Origin: a virus
Lineage: Duplodnaviria; Caudoviricetes
IMG/VR virus record: IMGVR_UViG_3300028886_000035
Location: 32,001-96,000 of that record
Length of the DNA stretch: 64,000 nucleotides
Strand: one strand, 5' to 3'
The notes below the pieces were generated by a model. The model saw nothing but the letters and a program-made list of their open reading frames with translations, had not been told where the DNA came from and searched no databases. A program made the position numbers and the translations under genes. Each line of letters starts with the position of its first letter. Within the stretch, counting starts at the first letter, position 1. Below are positions 39,715-49,569 of this stretch, piece after piece.

Positions 39715-40647
39715 TTATTTCGTATAAACTTTCCATTTAGCCAAACGTTTAACTACACCGCTGTAATTATCTAAGAAATAAACCTTATCTACTTTTAATT
39801 GTTTCTTACAAGCCTTGGCTACATCATCTTCATTTGCTCCTGTTTCCAAAACTTCAACAAACGCCATATTATCTACAATATGCCCAAACGCTACATTATC
39901 TGTATCTACCAAACGTCTCATACGTGACTGCGTTGGTCTACTTCTTGCTATATCATCACCTTTTAAATCCTCTGGTATCATATCTTCATTTCCAAGTTCT
40001 TCCATGTAATCCGCTAAAATCTGCCCATGTGTTTTTCCTTCTTCGCCATAGGCTACATCACCATCTATATATACAAACGCACCATCGCGATTATCATAAT
40101 CTAATGACCTTCCATCTTCAATGTTTGTTTGTTCCCCTATTTTATCATCTACTTCTGCTAAATCTGACCAATCATCAACAGAATTATCTTCTTCATTATA
40201 CTCTAAATCTAGGGTTATATCATCATCTTCTTCACCAAAACCTGAACAATTACGCTCACAATAAGATACATAACTATTCAATGCTTTATCAAAATTTTCC
40301 TCAATATCCGTTTTGCTTGTTAGTTCCCCTGCCATTTCAGAAACACAGTCGCTAGAAACATCTAATTCATCTTCTGTATTATAATCAGATAGCCAATTTT
40401 CGTATTCATCTAATAACAAGTCATTATTTGTAATATCATCAATATAATCATTGACATCTAAATTACTTAACCCTTCATAAGCAGTTTCGTTCATTTCATC
40501 GTCACCGTTACGTGTTGGATAAAATGCTTCTAATTCATCACGAATACCTCCTTCTGTAATGCAATAAGGTGAATTTAAAAATTCATTAAAATCTGAATCT
40601 AAATAATCTTTCGCTTCGCTTATTGTATTAAAAACAATCTTTGCCAT
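39715..40647 (-). CDS. Acidic tandem-paralog family member 3
   Basis: Colinear with 38646 over its full length; ends CKKQLKVDKVY...VVKRLAKWKVYTK. Confidence 0.8.
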   Translation of the reverse strand: MAKIVFNTISEAKDYLDSDFNEFLNSPYCITEGGIRDELEAFYPTRNGDDEMNETAYEGLSNLDVNDYIDDITNNDLLLDEYENWLSDYNTEDELDVSSDCVSEMAGELTSKTDIEENFDKALNSYVSYCERNCSGFGEEDDDITLDLEYNEEDNSVDDWSDLAEVDDKIGEQTNIEDGRSLDYDNRDGAFVYIDGDVAYGEEGKTHGQILADYMEELGNEDMIPEDLKGDDIARSRPTQSRMRRLVDTDNVAFGHIVDNMAFVEVLETGANEDDVAKACKKQLKVDKVYFLDNYSGVVKRLAKWKVYTK

Positions 40648-40770
40648 TTAAACATCCTCCTTTGTATATAAAACCACTTTTGCCAATCTCTTGACTACAT
40701 TATTATTATGATTTACATAATATACTTTATCTATTATATATCTATCCTTTATTTTATTTCGTGTATTATA
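40648..40770 (-). pseudogene. C-terminal remnant of a further paralog
   Basis: Own translation ...KIKDRYIIDKVYYVNHNNNVVKRLAKVVLYTKEDV*; preceded by an in-frame stop. Confidence 0.65.
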
Positions 40771-40950
40771 TTATCCTCTTTTGGCTTTCATATATTCATA
40801 CCAATAATATATGTTTTTATCTCCATTTACCGAACTAATAAAAAACCACACTATCAATACTGTAACTATAATCGAACCTATTGTATTAACAACTACCTGT
40901 AATATATAAGAAAAAATTAGTACCATTAAAAACGCCGTCAAACTATTCAT
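40771..40950 (-). CDS. Small membrane protein (59 aa, not in the ORF track)
   Basis: MNSLTAFLMVLIFSYILQVVVNTIGSIIVTVLIVWFFISSVNGDKNIYYWYEYMKAKRG; start overlaps the stop of 40943..41398. Confidence 0.6.
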   Translation of the reverse strand: MNSLTAFLMVLIFSYILQVVVNTIGSIIVTVLIVWFFISSVNGDKNIYYWYEYMKAKRG

Positions 40951-41398
40951 TACTATCTTCCCTTTCTATACGATTATTATATTTCTCTATTAAATAGTTT
41001 TTAATTGATGTCCTCATATTAGATAAAAATTCGTGATATTCTGTATATTGACAATTTAATTTTATCTGCAATATTTCTACATCATTGAAATTCGTCTTTA
41101 CAAAATTGTTTAGACTACCATATTCACACGTTATATCATTTATCCCTTTATCATTCAAAAGTAATGTGAACATAATTAATCTCGTATTCTTACGATATGT
41201 TTTTAACCTGATTACATGACGTGTATTTATCTTTGCATACTCATTCATATATTCCGTTATTTCATCTACTATCGTCTTTAAATAAGGAAAATCCATAGAT
41301 TTATATATATAAAATGATAGATTGTTAATATGGATAAAATCTATCGCTTTATCCATTACTCTCTTGACTCTATCATTTAATCTTACATTGTCTACCAA
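40943..41398 (-). CDS. Hypothetical protein
   Basis: 151 aa, TTG start after GGTGAG. Confidence 0.55.
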   Translation of the reverse strand: MVDNVRLNDRVKRVMDKAIDFIHINNLSFYIYKSMDFPYLKTIVDEITEYMNEYAKINTRHVIRLKTYRKNTRLIMFTLLLNDKGINDITCEYGSLNNFVKTNFNDVEILQIKLNCQYTEYHEFLSNMRTSIKNYLIEKYNNRIEREDSNE

Positions 41399-41405
41399 TT
41401 ATATC

Positions 41406-42560
41406 TCACCTACTTTTTATACTATCATTTAATATATCTTTTAATAATACATCATTATCTTTCATGCCTAATATATCAAATAATCTTTTTTCATTTATAT
41501 GTATCTCTTGACTTATATTATCATCTATATCAAATAGTTTTAGATAGTATGTTAATCCATCATTATGCGTTTTGTTTTCATTACTATAATAGACTTTTTT
41601 ATCTAATGCAGAAAATTCAAATATCATTTTCCCTATATTCTCTGCATATACATTATCTATTACTTTTCTCCAACGTTGATAATATAATTCTGTAGCTTTT
41701 AAATATTTAAAGTCTATATTACCTGTCCTTTCTCTTTTATCTTCTGTTACTATTCCATTTATACGATTTAATCGTTTTAAATGATTGAATCTTTCATGAC
41801 TAAACTTGTGATAATATATCTTATATCTTTTATCTAGTTCTTTTTGTATAAAAAGATTATTTTGTATATGGTTATTTGTATTCTTAAATAGATTTTGTTG
41901 AAATAAATTTTGTTGAAATAGATTTTGTTGTATATTATATCGATTATCTATATTAATGTTTTTACTATCTATCACAAATTTTTCTTTATGATTATTTGTG
42001 GTATTTTTTATAAAAAGGTTTTGTTGCATAATATATTGATTTGTTATTTCATTTTGATATTGTATCTGATTGGTTTTAACAAGATAACTGTTAAGTGAAT
42101 ATTTTTGTAATAAATATTGTGAGCGATATAGTATAAGATATTGTTGCATAATATATTGATTGGCAGGATTACCATATATAGTACAATTATTTAAATTCCA
42201 AATATAACCAATATATTTACAATTATCTATAAAATAATCATATATGATTCTTCCTGCATCTAACAAATACAATTTATTATAATTTGGTATTTTATCTAAA
42301 AATCTAAATACACCGAATGACATAATAAGCTGGTCAAATTTATAATCATATAGTTTATTTAATGGAATAATATTGTATTCAAAATTATCAGGAACACTTT
42401 TTTTTAGTTGCATAAAATATTTTACATTTTGTTTTATGTTTTTTGTATCTACAACTATATTACATTTTACATTAATATAATGATTTAAATTAAACCATAA
42501 ATCAACCAAAGAAGTGGTTGTTCCATCCAAATAAGGATAATAAATTACTATATCTATCAT
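41406..42560 (-). CDS. Putative divergent GT-B glycosyltransferase (EX7E family member 3) with an internal Q/N repeat insertion
   Basis: DGTTTSLVDL, YHKFSHER, ENIGKMIFE, DGLTYYL; insert with QQNLF and NQYIMQQ repeats. Confidence 0.5.
   Translation of the reverse strand: MIDIVIYYPYLDGTTTSLVDLWFNLNHYINVKCNIVVDTKNIKQNVKYFMQLKKSVPDNFEYNIIPLNKLYDYKFDQLIMSFGVFRFLDKIPNYNKLYLLDAGRIIYDYFIDNCKYIGYIWNLNNCTIYGNPANQYIMQQYLILYRSQYLLQKYSLNSYLVKTNQIQYQNEITNQYIMQQNLFIKNTTNNHKEKFVIDSKNINIDNRYNIQQNLFQQNLFQQNLFKNTNNHIQNNLFIQKELDKRYKIYYHKFSHERFNHLKRLNRINGIVTEDKRERTGNIDFKYLKATELYYQRWRKVIDNVYAENIGKMIFEFSALDKKVYYSNENKTHNDGLTYYLKLFDIDDNISQEIHINEKRLFDILGMKDNDVLLKDILNDSIKSR
41881..41930. repeat. 15-bp tandem repeat encoding QQNLF x3
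   Basis: AATAGATTTTGTTG-AAATAAATTTTGTTG-AAATAGATTTTGTTG. Confidence 0.8.
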
Positions 42561-42626
42561 ATCAAAATCTCCTATTAAAAAAATATAAAAAAAAAGACTA
42601 AATATAGCTTTAGTCTTTAAATATAG

Positions 42627-43166
42627 TCAACGATAAATCCACATCCGCTGAGCATAGCTACGAATCCGAACTGGTGCAGGATTACTCTTGATACCTCTAG
42701 CAGAAGGACGCATAGCTTTTTTAATATTCGTTTTTTGTTGTTGATATGCACCTTGCATAGCTTGTGCAATAGATTGATACCCTGCTGCTTGATTTATATT
42801 TAACGAAATACCATTATCAGAATAACTAAATGCTTCACCGTTTTGTACAATTGCTTCCCCAAGGAGGGACATGATGAATGCTCCTGCTAAAACACAACCT
42901 TCCCAACTAACAGGAACATCATATAATGTGTATACTGTAAATGGTGGTTCTGCATTAATATCTGCCATAGCTATTTGTAAATAAATCAAAAGTAATTCAT
43001 CTGACCACCTTTGACCTCTTTGTTTTTCTACTAATGTATTTAAACTACGAAACTGTTCATCAGGAATATCTTTTAACATAGCACGTAATTTATGTACTAA
43101 ATCTCTTTCTCTATCTGTTAAAGGAGAAATTGAATTATCATCTGATGATTGTAAAATAATGGGCAT
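42627..43166 (-). CDS. Head-tail connector / neck protein
   Basis: LRAMLKD, WSDELLLIYL, FSYSDNGISL pattern typical of gp15/gp6-like adaptors; downstream of the capsid gene. Confidence 0.6.
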   Translation of the reverse strand: MPIILQSSDDNSISPLTDRERDLVHKLRAMLKDIPDEQFRSLNTLVEKQRGQRWSDELLLIYLQIAMADINAEPPFTVYTLYDVPVSWEGCVLAGAFIMSLLGEAIVQNGEAFSYSDNGISLNINQAAGYQSIAQAMQGAYQQQKTNIKKAMRPSARGIKSNPAPVRIRSYAQRMWIYR

Positions 43167-43247
43167 AAGTTATTCACCACCTTAATTTATTCTCTCTAAT
43201 TAAAATATAGTGAAAACTCATGCCTATTATAGTCAAGATATTCAATT

Positions 43248-44546
43248 TTATAAAGTAATAATCCTATCAAATGGAATTTTATTTTTATCTATTAAATTGT
43301 TATTTGCTATATCATCTAAATAATCTTTAAATAATCCCTTATAATCAAAAATAAATCCATCGTCATATAATTTACTTTCTATATCATGTGGAATTAAATC
43401 AGGTTCATTTAAAGCGACAAAAATACAATCATTTCCGATAAGTATTTCATCTAACAAATCTATATCATATTGTTCTTTAACTAATTTTTTATTACATTTG
43501 TTATCAACAATATAAACTTCCGCACCTGCATCAGTTAAACATTTATACAAATCATAAATTTTAGTATTACGAATATCGTTACAATTTTCTTTAAATGAAA
43601 AACCTAATATTGTAATACGTGGATGTTCTTTATTAATACGGTTTAAAATATTATTTGCTAAAAAGAACGGAACGACTTCATTAACAGTTCTAGCAGAATC
43701 TATTAATCCATACCATTCTTTATTATATTCATTTTCATAATTGATAAAGTAATAAGGGTCTACACCTATACAATGTCCTCCAACCATACCAGGACGATAA
43801 GTGGCACTATTAAAATTAAATTTTGTTTCTGCTGATTCAAGTACATCATGAAAATTAATTCCTGTGTCAGAACAAATCATTTGAAATTCATTTAATAGAG
43901 CAATATTCACATCACGTTTAATATTTTCAAGTAATTTAGACGTTTCTGCTACTTCAAGTGAAGAACATTTATGGAGTCTGTTCTTGGGTAAAATTAAATG
44001 ATATATATCATATACTTTTTCTAATGCATTATCACTTGAACCGGAAATTAACTTAGTTATTTGTTTTATTTTTTTACCATTTTTACCTGGTTGTAATCTT
44101 TCAGGAGAAAAACCAACATAAAAATCTTCATTACATTTTAACAAAGAAATTTTTTCTAATGTGGGAATGCAAATTTCTCTAGTTGTTTTTGGGGCTACAG
44201 TAGATTCAATAATTACTGTGTCTCCTTTTTTTAGATAAAAAGCTACATTAGTAATTGCTTTCGTTAACATTGTAATATCAGGTTTTTTATTTTTATCAAT
44301 TGGAGTTGGAACACAAATAATCCACACATTAGGATTATATATATCTATATCACTTAATTCATTTATATATATAATATCATCTAATAATGTTGTATCAATT
44401 GATTGTGTATTGTCTATACCATTTTTATATTGCTGAATTTTTTCTTTATTCGTATCATATCCATATACAGGAACTTTTTTAACAAATTCACAAGCCAATT
44501 GTATACCAACATATCCTAGACCAACTATACAAATTTTATAATCCAT
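43248..44546 (-). CDS. UDP-N-acetylhexosamine 6-dehydrogenase (WecC/TviB/WbpO family)
   Basis: VGLGYVG, CVPTP, ESTV, SPERLQPG, KLLENIKRDVNIA, GGHCIGVDP, GFSFKENCNDIRN. Confidence 0.92.
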   Translation of the reverse strand: MDYKICIVGLGYVGIQLACEFVKKVPVYGYDTNKEKIQQYKNGIDNTQSIDTTLLDDIIYINELSDIDIYNPNVWIICVPTPIDKNKKPDITMLTKAITNVAFYLKKGDTVIIESTVAPKTTREICIPTLEKISLLKCNEDFYVGFSPERLQPGKNGKKIKQITKLISGSSDNALEKVYDIYHLILPKNRLHKCSSLEVAETSKLLENIKRDVNIALLNEFQMICSDTGINFHDVLESAETKFNFNSATYRPGMVGGHCIGVDPYYFINYENEYNKEWYGLIDSARTVNEVVPFFLANNILNRINKEHPRITILGFSFKENCNDIRNTKIYDLYKCLTDAGAEVYIVDNKCNKKLVKEQYDIDLLDEILIGNDCIFVALNEPDLIPHDIESKLYDDGFIFDYKGLFKDYLDDIANNNLIDKNKIPFDRIITL

Positions 44547-44559
44547 ATTTTATACTCCT

Positions 44560-45249
44560 TCATATAAATTTGTTGGATAAATAATCATCAATTTTCTTAC
44601 CTAATCTATGATTATTATATTTTATAAAATATTGATTAATATAGTATATTATTAAATGTCTTTTTTTCATTTTCGCGCAACAATCTATGTCAATAATTGT
44701 AAATTTTTTATTTTTATATATGATATTTAAATCATCTAAATCAATAATATTAATATTTTTTATAAAAATCAAATATAAAACAAATATAAATTTTAAAATT
44801 TTATAATTATATTGTTTTTTATAAAAAATCCTTTCTTCTATTAACATGGTATTGCTAAAATAAAATATTTTTGGTAATAAATAGTCCAATCCTTTCTTAT
44901 TAAAATGTTTTAGATTAAAAGGTATAGTTTGTTTTTGATACCTTGTAATAAATCTGATTGCATATTTATTGGTTAATATTTTACTTCTTCCTCTAGTTCT
45001 ATTTGCTACTATAATTTGTTGTTTTTTATAATTAATTAAAACATATTCATTTGAAACTAAGAAACCTTGATTTGTAATTTGAACAACATTATATATTTTA
45101 ATTAATTCTTCATATTTATTTATATTAAATTTATTTCCCAAAATATAATAAAAATCATATTTACCTGTTTTATAATCATTTTTTGTAAAACAACAATTAT
45201 ATTTATTTTTTGCTTCTAATATATCTAAATTAAAATATTCACATATCAT
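44560..45249 (-). CDS. Protein-kinase-like (small-molecule/sugar kinase) protein
   Basis: PKIFY, LIEERI, IDLDDLNII, IIDID. Confidence 0.5.
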   Translation of the reverse strand: MICEYFNLDILEAKNKYNCCFTKNDYKTGKYDFYYILGNKFNINKYEELIKIYNVVQITNQGFLVSNEYVLINYKKQQIIVANRTRGRSKILTNKYAIRFITRYQKQTIPFNLKHFNKKGLDYLLPKIFYFSNTMLIEERIFYKKQYNYKILKFIFVLYLIFIKNINIIDLDDLNIIYKNKKFTIIDIDCCAKMKKRHLIIYYINQYFIKYNNHRLGKKIDDYLSNKFI

Positions 45250-45978
45250 TCAATCGTCTCTTTTCAATCTATCATAATATTTTTTGGATATTTTATCTGA
45301 AATATCAGAACAAAAAAAATCAATTATATATATATTAATATAAAATATCAACAGTTCAAATTTATTAAAAATATTTTTATCTTCTAAATCAACAATATAA
45401 AATTTAAAATCTTTACTAATTATAATATTATCTCCTGATAAATCAAATATCATTATGTTTTTTATAAATAGTAAGTATAATGAAAATATAAATTTAAATA
45501 TATCGAAATCATTAAATGATGATGATTCAATATATTCTTCTATTAATAAATTTTCATATATTTTATATATTTTTGGACAATTACAATTATTTAAAGCACT
45601 TATATTTTCCAATATATTATGCAAATATTTTTTATTATCAATATATCTAAATACATATTTATTATTAATAAGAATTTTGCTAGTTGTATTAATATCATTA
45701 AGTCTTTTACATTTATATATTTTATTATTATAAATTGCATATTTATTTGATAAAAGAAGTTTATTACCAATATAACATATAAAATTATATTTTTTATATA
45801 CATTATAATTTAATTTTTTATTTATTAAACAAAAATCATAATTTTTATTAAATTTTATTTCATCAAAACATATGGAATAATTAGATAAAATATATGGAAA
45901 CATGCTTTTTTGTATATAATATAATTTTTTAATCATAATTTCACCATTTAAACAAAAAGAAGGATGAATTTTTATCAT
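45250..45978 (-). CDS. Protein-kinase-like protein, tandem paralog of 44560
   Basis: PKIYK, LIEEYI, FDLSGDNII, IVDLE; true start may be downstream (MIKKLY). Confidence 0.5.
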   Translation of the reverse strand: MIKIHPSFCLNGEIMIKKLYYIQKSMFPYILSNYSICFDEIKFNKNYDFCLINKKLNYNVYKKYNFICYIGNKLLLSNKYAIYNNKIYKCKRLNDINTTSKILINNKYVFRYIDNKKYLHNILENISALNNCNCPKIYKIYENLLIEEYIESSSFNDFDIFKFIFSLYLLFIKNIMIFDLSGDNIIISKDFKFYIVDLEDKNIFNKFELLIFYINIYIIDFFCSDISDKISKKYYDRLKRDD

Positions 45979-46004
45979 CCTTCTTTTCTTTATCTATATT
46001 AAAA

Positions 46005-46850
46005 TTACTTAATTGTAATCTTAGCAACGGACATACCATTGACAACGGACATACCGATTTCTTCATAGACAACCCAACCAATACGGAGACGTTCAGGAAT
46101 ATCGGCTGGAATGACTTGGATATCCTGACGAATTGGCATAACACCAACAAACTCTGGGTCAGCAAGTACATAAACTGTATTGAGTGGAACTTTCTTAGAA
46201 ATGAGAATTTCAGCAGTCCACAGATGACCAAATGTACCTGTCTGAAGAACTTCGTGCTGTGTTACTGGGTCGAACTCATTCTGTCCCCACTTACGAATAT
46301 CAGCAAAAGCCTGTGCATTCATGACAATCTTTGTAACGGCGAGGTCATGCTTTTCAACTTCACGGAAAGCAGTAGCAAGAGCATCGCGTGTAAGTCCACC
46401 AGCGGAAATCGTTTCAGGATTTACAGATGTTGCAGCTGCATCGAGAAGTGAGAAGCAAGTTTCATCTTCGACTGCCATAATATCAGACTTAGCACGTTGC
46501 TGGGCACGGTCGATAATATTGAAACGACGTTCCTTAATCTGGGAGAAACGAACCTGTGGATAAGCAACAACTTCAAAAGTTGGAACCTGGATACGTTCAC
46601 CCTCAACGAGCTGGTCTGGAGCCTGTCCACGCTTAGAAACGACAAATGCCTTAGCATCAACATCACGGTCGTAAACAGGAAGTGCGCCCTGTGGAAGTGG
46701 GTCAACAACGAGTAACTTACGTCCAATACCCTGATAATCAAGGGAAGTACGAATTGGGTTAGCCATAGCGGAAGCAAGAGCGGCGCGTCCTTCACTTGTT
46801 TCAAGAGCATTGGAGATTAAATATTCTTTTTCTTCTTGTGTCATAGACAT
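46005..46850 (-). CDS. Major capsid protein (HK97 fold, phage G-like)
   Basis: 281 aa, GGAGG RBS, strong codon bias; LDYQGIGRKLLVVDPLPQGALP, recalled as similar to the ~280-aa phage G-type capsid protein. Confidence 0.85.
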   Translation of the reverse strand: MSMTQEEKEYLISNALETSEGRAALASAMANPIRTSLDYQGIGRKLLVVDPLPQGALPVYDRDVDAKAFVVSKRGQAPDQLVEGERIQVPTFEVVAYPQVRFSQIKERRFNIIDRAQQRAKSDIMAVEDETCFSLLDAAATSVNPETISAGGLTRDALATAFREVEKHDLAVTKIVMNAQAFADIRKWGQNEFDPVTQHEVLQTGTFGHLWTAEILISKKVPLNTVYVLADPEFVGVMPIRQDIQVIPADIPERLRIGWVVYEEIGMSVVNGMSVAKITIK

Positions 46851-46867
46851 AACTAATCAACCTCCAA

Positions 46868-47386
46868 TTAAACGTGCATAATAAAGCCGAGGAACTTGCC
46901 ACCATTAGCAGCTTCGCCAGCCCATTCATACATATTGCCCTGACGGAACTCACCGATAGAAACAACTGTACCGAGAACCTTATCACCATCAGCAGCAGGA
47001 ACAATAGCACCATTAGCATCAGTTGTAATTGTCTTACCAACTGTGAAAGCACTAATTTCCTTACCAAGACGGCTTTCTGCAACGTGATATTCTCCACCCA
47101 TGCCAAGCATATAGAATGAAGCCTTACCACTAGCGTTAATCATATCCTTCAAATCTTCGCGGATAAGACCAACTGCACCTTCGCCCTTTGCACCTGCTGG
47201 AACAACCTTTCCATCAGCGGAGATAGCAGCAAAGTGACCTGCCAACTTTCCATCAAGAGCTTCTGCCTTTTCTGCATCAACGTCATAAAAACCGTTGATA
47301 GCACCTTCGATAGCTGCACGCACATACTGCGTAGAGTTAAATGTAGGACCAAAAACAAAATGTCCACCTGCATTATTCATAGCCAT
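46868..47386 (-). CDS. Capsid decoration protein
   Basis: G/A-rich 172 aa immediately upstream of the capsid gene with the same codon bias. Confidence 0.7.
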   Translation of the reverse strand: MAMNNAGGHFVFGPTFNSTQYVRAAIEGAINGFYDVDAEKAEALDGKLAGHFAAISADGKVVPAGAKGEGAVGLIREDLKDMINASGKASFYMLGMGGEYHVAESRLGKEISAFTVGKTITTDANGAIVPAADGDKVLGTVVSIGEFRQGNMYEWAGEAANGGKFLGFIMHV

Positions 47387-47435
47387 CGAAACAACACCTC
47401 CAAATAATTATTACAAATTTATTAGTTATTATTAA

Positions 47436-47556
47436 GAGTGTGTTTGTTTATAAAACGTGATAATAGCGTGTTTGCAAACTATACATATTTGCGAATATGA
47501 TTTATTCTAAGATAAATCGAATTATAAAAATTTTGTTTTATCAAACAAACACATTC
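47436..47556 (-). promoter_or_regulatory. Structured 5' leader of the decoration/capsid operon
   Basis: GAGTGTGTTTGTTT...AAACAAACACATTC closing stem around internal hairpins. Confidence 0.45.
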
Positions 47557-47702
47557 CTTTTTTTACTTTTACATTAAAAAAATATACATTTTTTCAATAT
47601 TTATAACCCCATTTTTAAATTCATAAATTTTATTTATATAAAAATGGATAGCTATTACTATCCATTAAATATATTTTAAAAATATTATTATTCCTTAAAT
47701 AC

Positions 47703-48452
47703 TTATACTCTTTCAATTTCTTTGGTTGTATTGTATTTCGTTTTTAATCCGCAGGTATTAAAGAACACATCATTATCAAAAACATAATTTGAATCGTTTG
47801 GATTTGTCTTTGCTTCATCTGCGACCCAATTAGTAATTTTTTCAAACCAATTACTACTAAGTAAATTATCCGAACTTTGTTTATATTGTTCAATAGCATT
47901 TTTTACTTGGTCAATACCATTTGATTTATCGACTGTAAATTCTTTATGGAACTGATAAGGTGAATCCATATCAAATATACCTATTATGTTCATATTAATA
48001 TCTTTCAAATCTTCAAAACCAGACTCTGAATTAATATAAACTTCCACTTTTAATTTACCTGTTGTAGTTTCTTCATCTTTTTTATCCATATTATCATTAT
48101 CAAATGGATTTGCCCCTTGCGGGAAATCTGATGATAAATATGGTAAAACAATAGTGTCACTAGTGTTTGTATCTCCAACTCTATTTGTCAAACAAAAATG
48201 TTTTGGACTATAAACTGTATATGTATCACACACACTAATATGTTGTGTTGTCTGACCATCCGGAATATCAATTACTTTTTTCCAATTATTAGGTAGCTGA
48301 TTAATAAAATCTTTTATTGCTTGATTGGAATCTTTTTCTTCATCTTTGTTTTTATTAAAAAGATTTTTTACCTTATTCTTTAAATCACCAAAACCAAAAG
48401 CATATCTATTCTGATACTCATTTTGACGAATCTTATTAAGAACAATGTTCAT
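47703..48452 (-). CDS. Hypothetical protein
   Basis: 249-aa ORF with AGGA RBS. Confidence 0.65.
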   Translation of the reverse strand: MNIVLNKIRQNEYQNRYAFGFGDLKNKVKNLFNKNKDEEKDSNQAIKDFINQLPNNWKKVIDIPDGQTTQHISVCDTYTVYSPKHFCLTNRVGDTNTSDTIVLPYLSSDFPQGANPFDNDNMDKKDEETTTGKLKVEVYINSESGFEDLKDINMNIIGIFDMDSPYQFHKEFTVDKSNGIDQVKNAIEQYKQSSDNLLSSNWFEKITNWVADEAKTNPNDSNYVFDNDVFFNTCGLKTKYNTTKEIERV

Positions 48453-48498
48453 CTATATCATATCCTTTATAAAAATAATATCTATAAATTATATAATT

Positions 48499-49569
48499 TT
48501 AAACCAATGAATTATAATCATTGACTGCGTTCTGTAGTTCTTTAATATTCATATATGTATATATTGGGAAACTAATTGAATTATGTGTTATATATTCTGA
48601 ATTTGGTGTATTTTGACGATATTGTTTATACAATGTATTATCACAAACATCTTTATTATACAAATCATCTGTTTCAAACAATTGATTAATTATTTCTATA
48701 GATTTACTATCTGTAACAATACCTTGCATTCTTGCCCATGCACTTATGGCATCTGGTTCTTGTTTTTGCCATATAACATTTTTCATTTGTTTATATGTAT
48801 TAGCAATTTCATTACGTTTTTGCAATATATGACCAATATATTTCATTTTAGTATCTAAAAATACACCATGTAACATATCAAATCCACCATTTGTACCGAT
48901 TCTAATACAATTATCATTATCATCTGAACCGTGGTCTAATATTGATTTTGATAATTTATATACTTTTTCATTATTTGTAAATATAGCTCCACCTTCACCA
49001 AAACCTCCAAATGGTTTTGTCGGATAAAATGAAGTACAAGATACATCACAGATACTACCTAATTTTTTATTATCATATATGGATGTCATAGCTTGACACA
49101 TATCATCAATAACAGGTATATTATGTTTTTTAGCTATTTCACAAATCTTTTTATAATTGCATGGATTTCCAAAAATGTCAACAGACATAATAGCTTTAAC
49201 TGTATCATCTATTTTTTCTTCTATTTTATTTTCGTCTATATTCCATGTATCTTTTTTTACATCAACAAAAATTGGTTCTGCTCCTACCAAACGAATAGCA
49301 TTAATCGTAGCAATAAAAGTTAATGGTGTCGTAACAACTTTATCTCCTGTACCAATCCCATAGCATTTTAATGCAACTGCCAATGCTTGTGTACCTGATT
49401 TTGCTAAAACTACATATTTAACATTTAAAAAATCTTTTAATTTATTAGCAAAACTATCTAAAGATTTACCCCAAATAAAATCTCTCGTTTTACTTTGTTC
49501 ATCTATAGTTTTAACTGCATCTCTTTTTGTTATTAACCAATCTGCTTCATTTGAAAAATATTTTATCAT
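48499..49569 (-). CDS. DegT/DnrJ/EryC1/StrS PLP-dependent sugar aminotransferase
   Basis: SGTQAL, TFIAT, VIDDMCQA, SFYPTKPFGGFGEGG. Confidence 0.92.
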   Translation of the reverse strand: MIKYFSNEADWLITKRDAVKTIDEQSKTRDFIWGKSLDSFANKLKDFLNVKYVVLAKSGTQALAVALKCYGIGTGDKVVTTPLTFIATINAIRLVGAEPIFVDVKKDTWNIDENKIEEKIDDTVKAIMSVDIFGNPCNYKKICEIAKKHNIPVIDDMCQAMTSIYDNKKLGSICDVSCTSFYPTKPFGGFGEGGAIFTNNEKVYKLSKSILDHGSDDNDNCIRIGTNGGFDMLHGVFLDTKMKYIGHILQKRNEIANTYKQMKNVIWQKQEPDAISAWARMQGIVTDSKSIEIINQLFETDDLYNKDVCDNTLYKQYRQNTPNSEYITHNSISFPIYTYMNIKELQNAVNDYNSLV

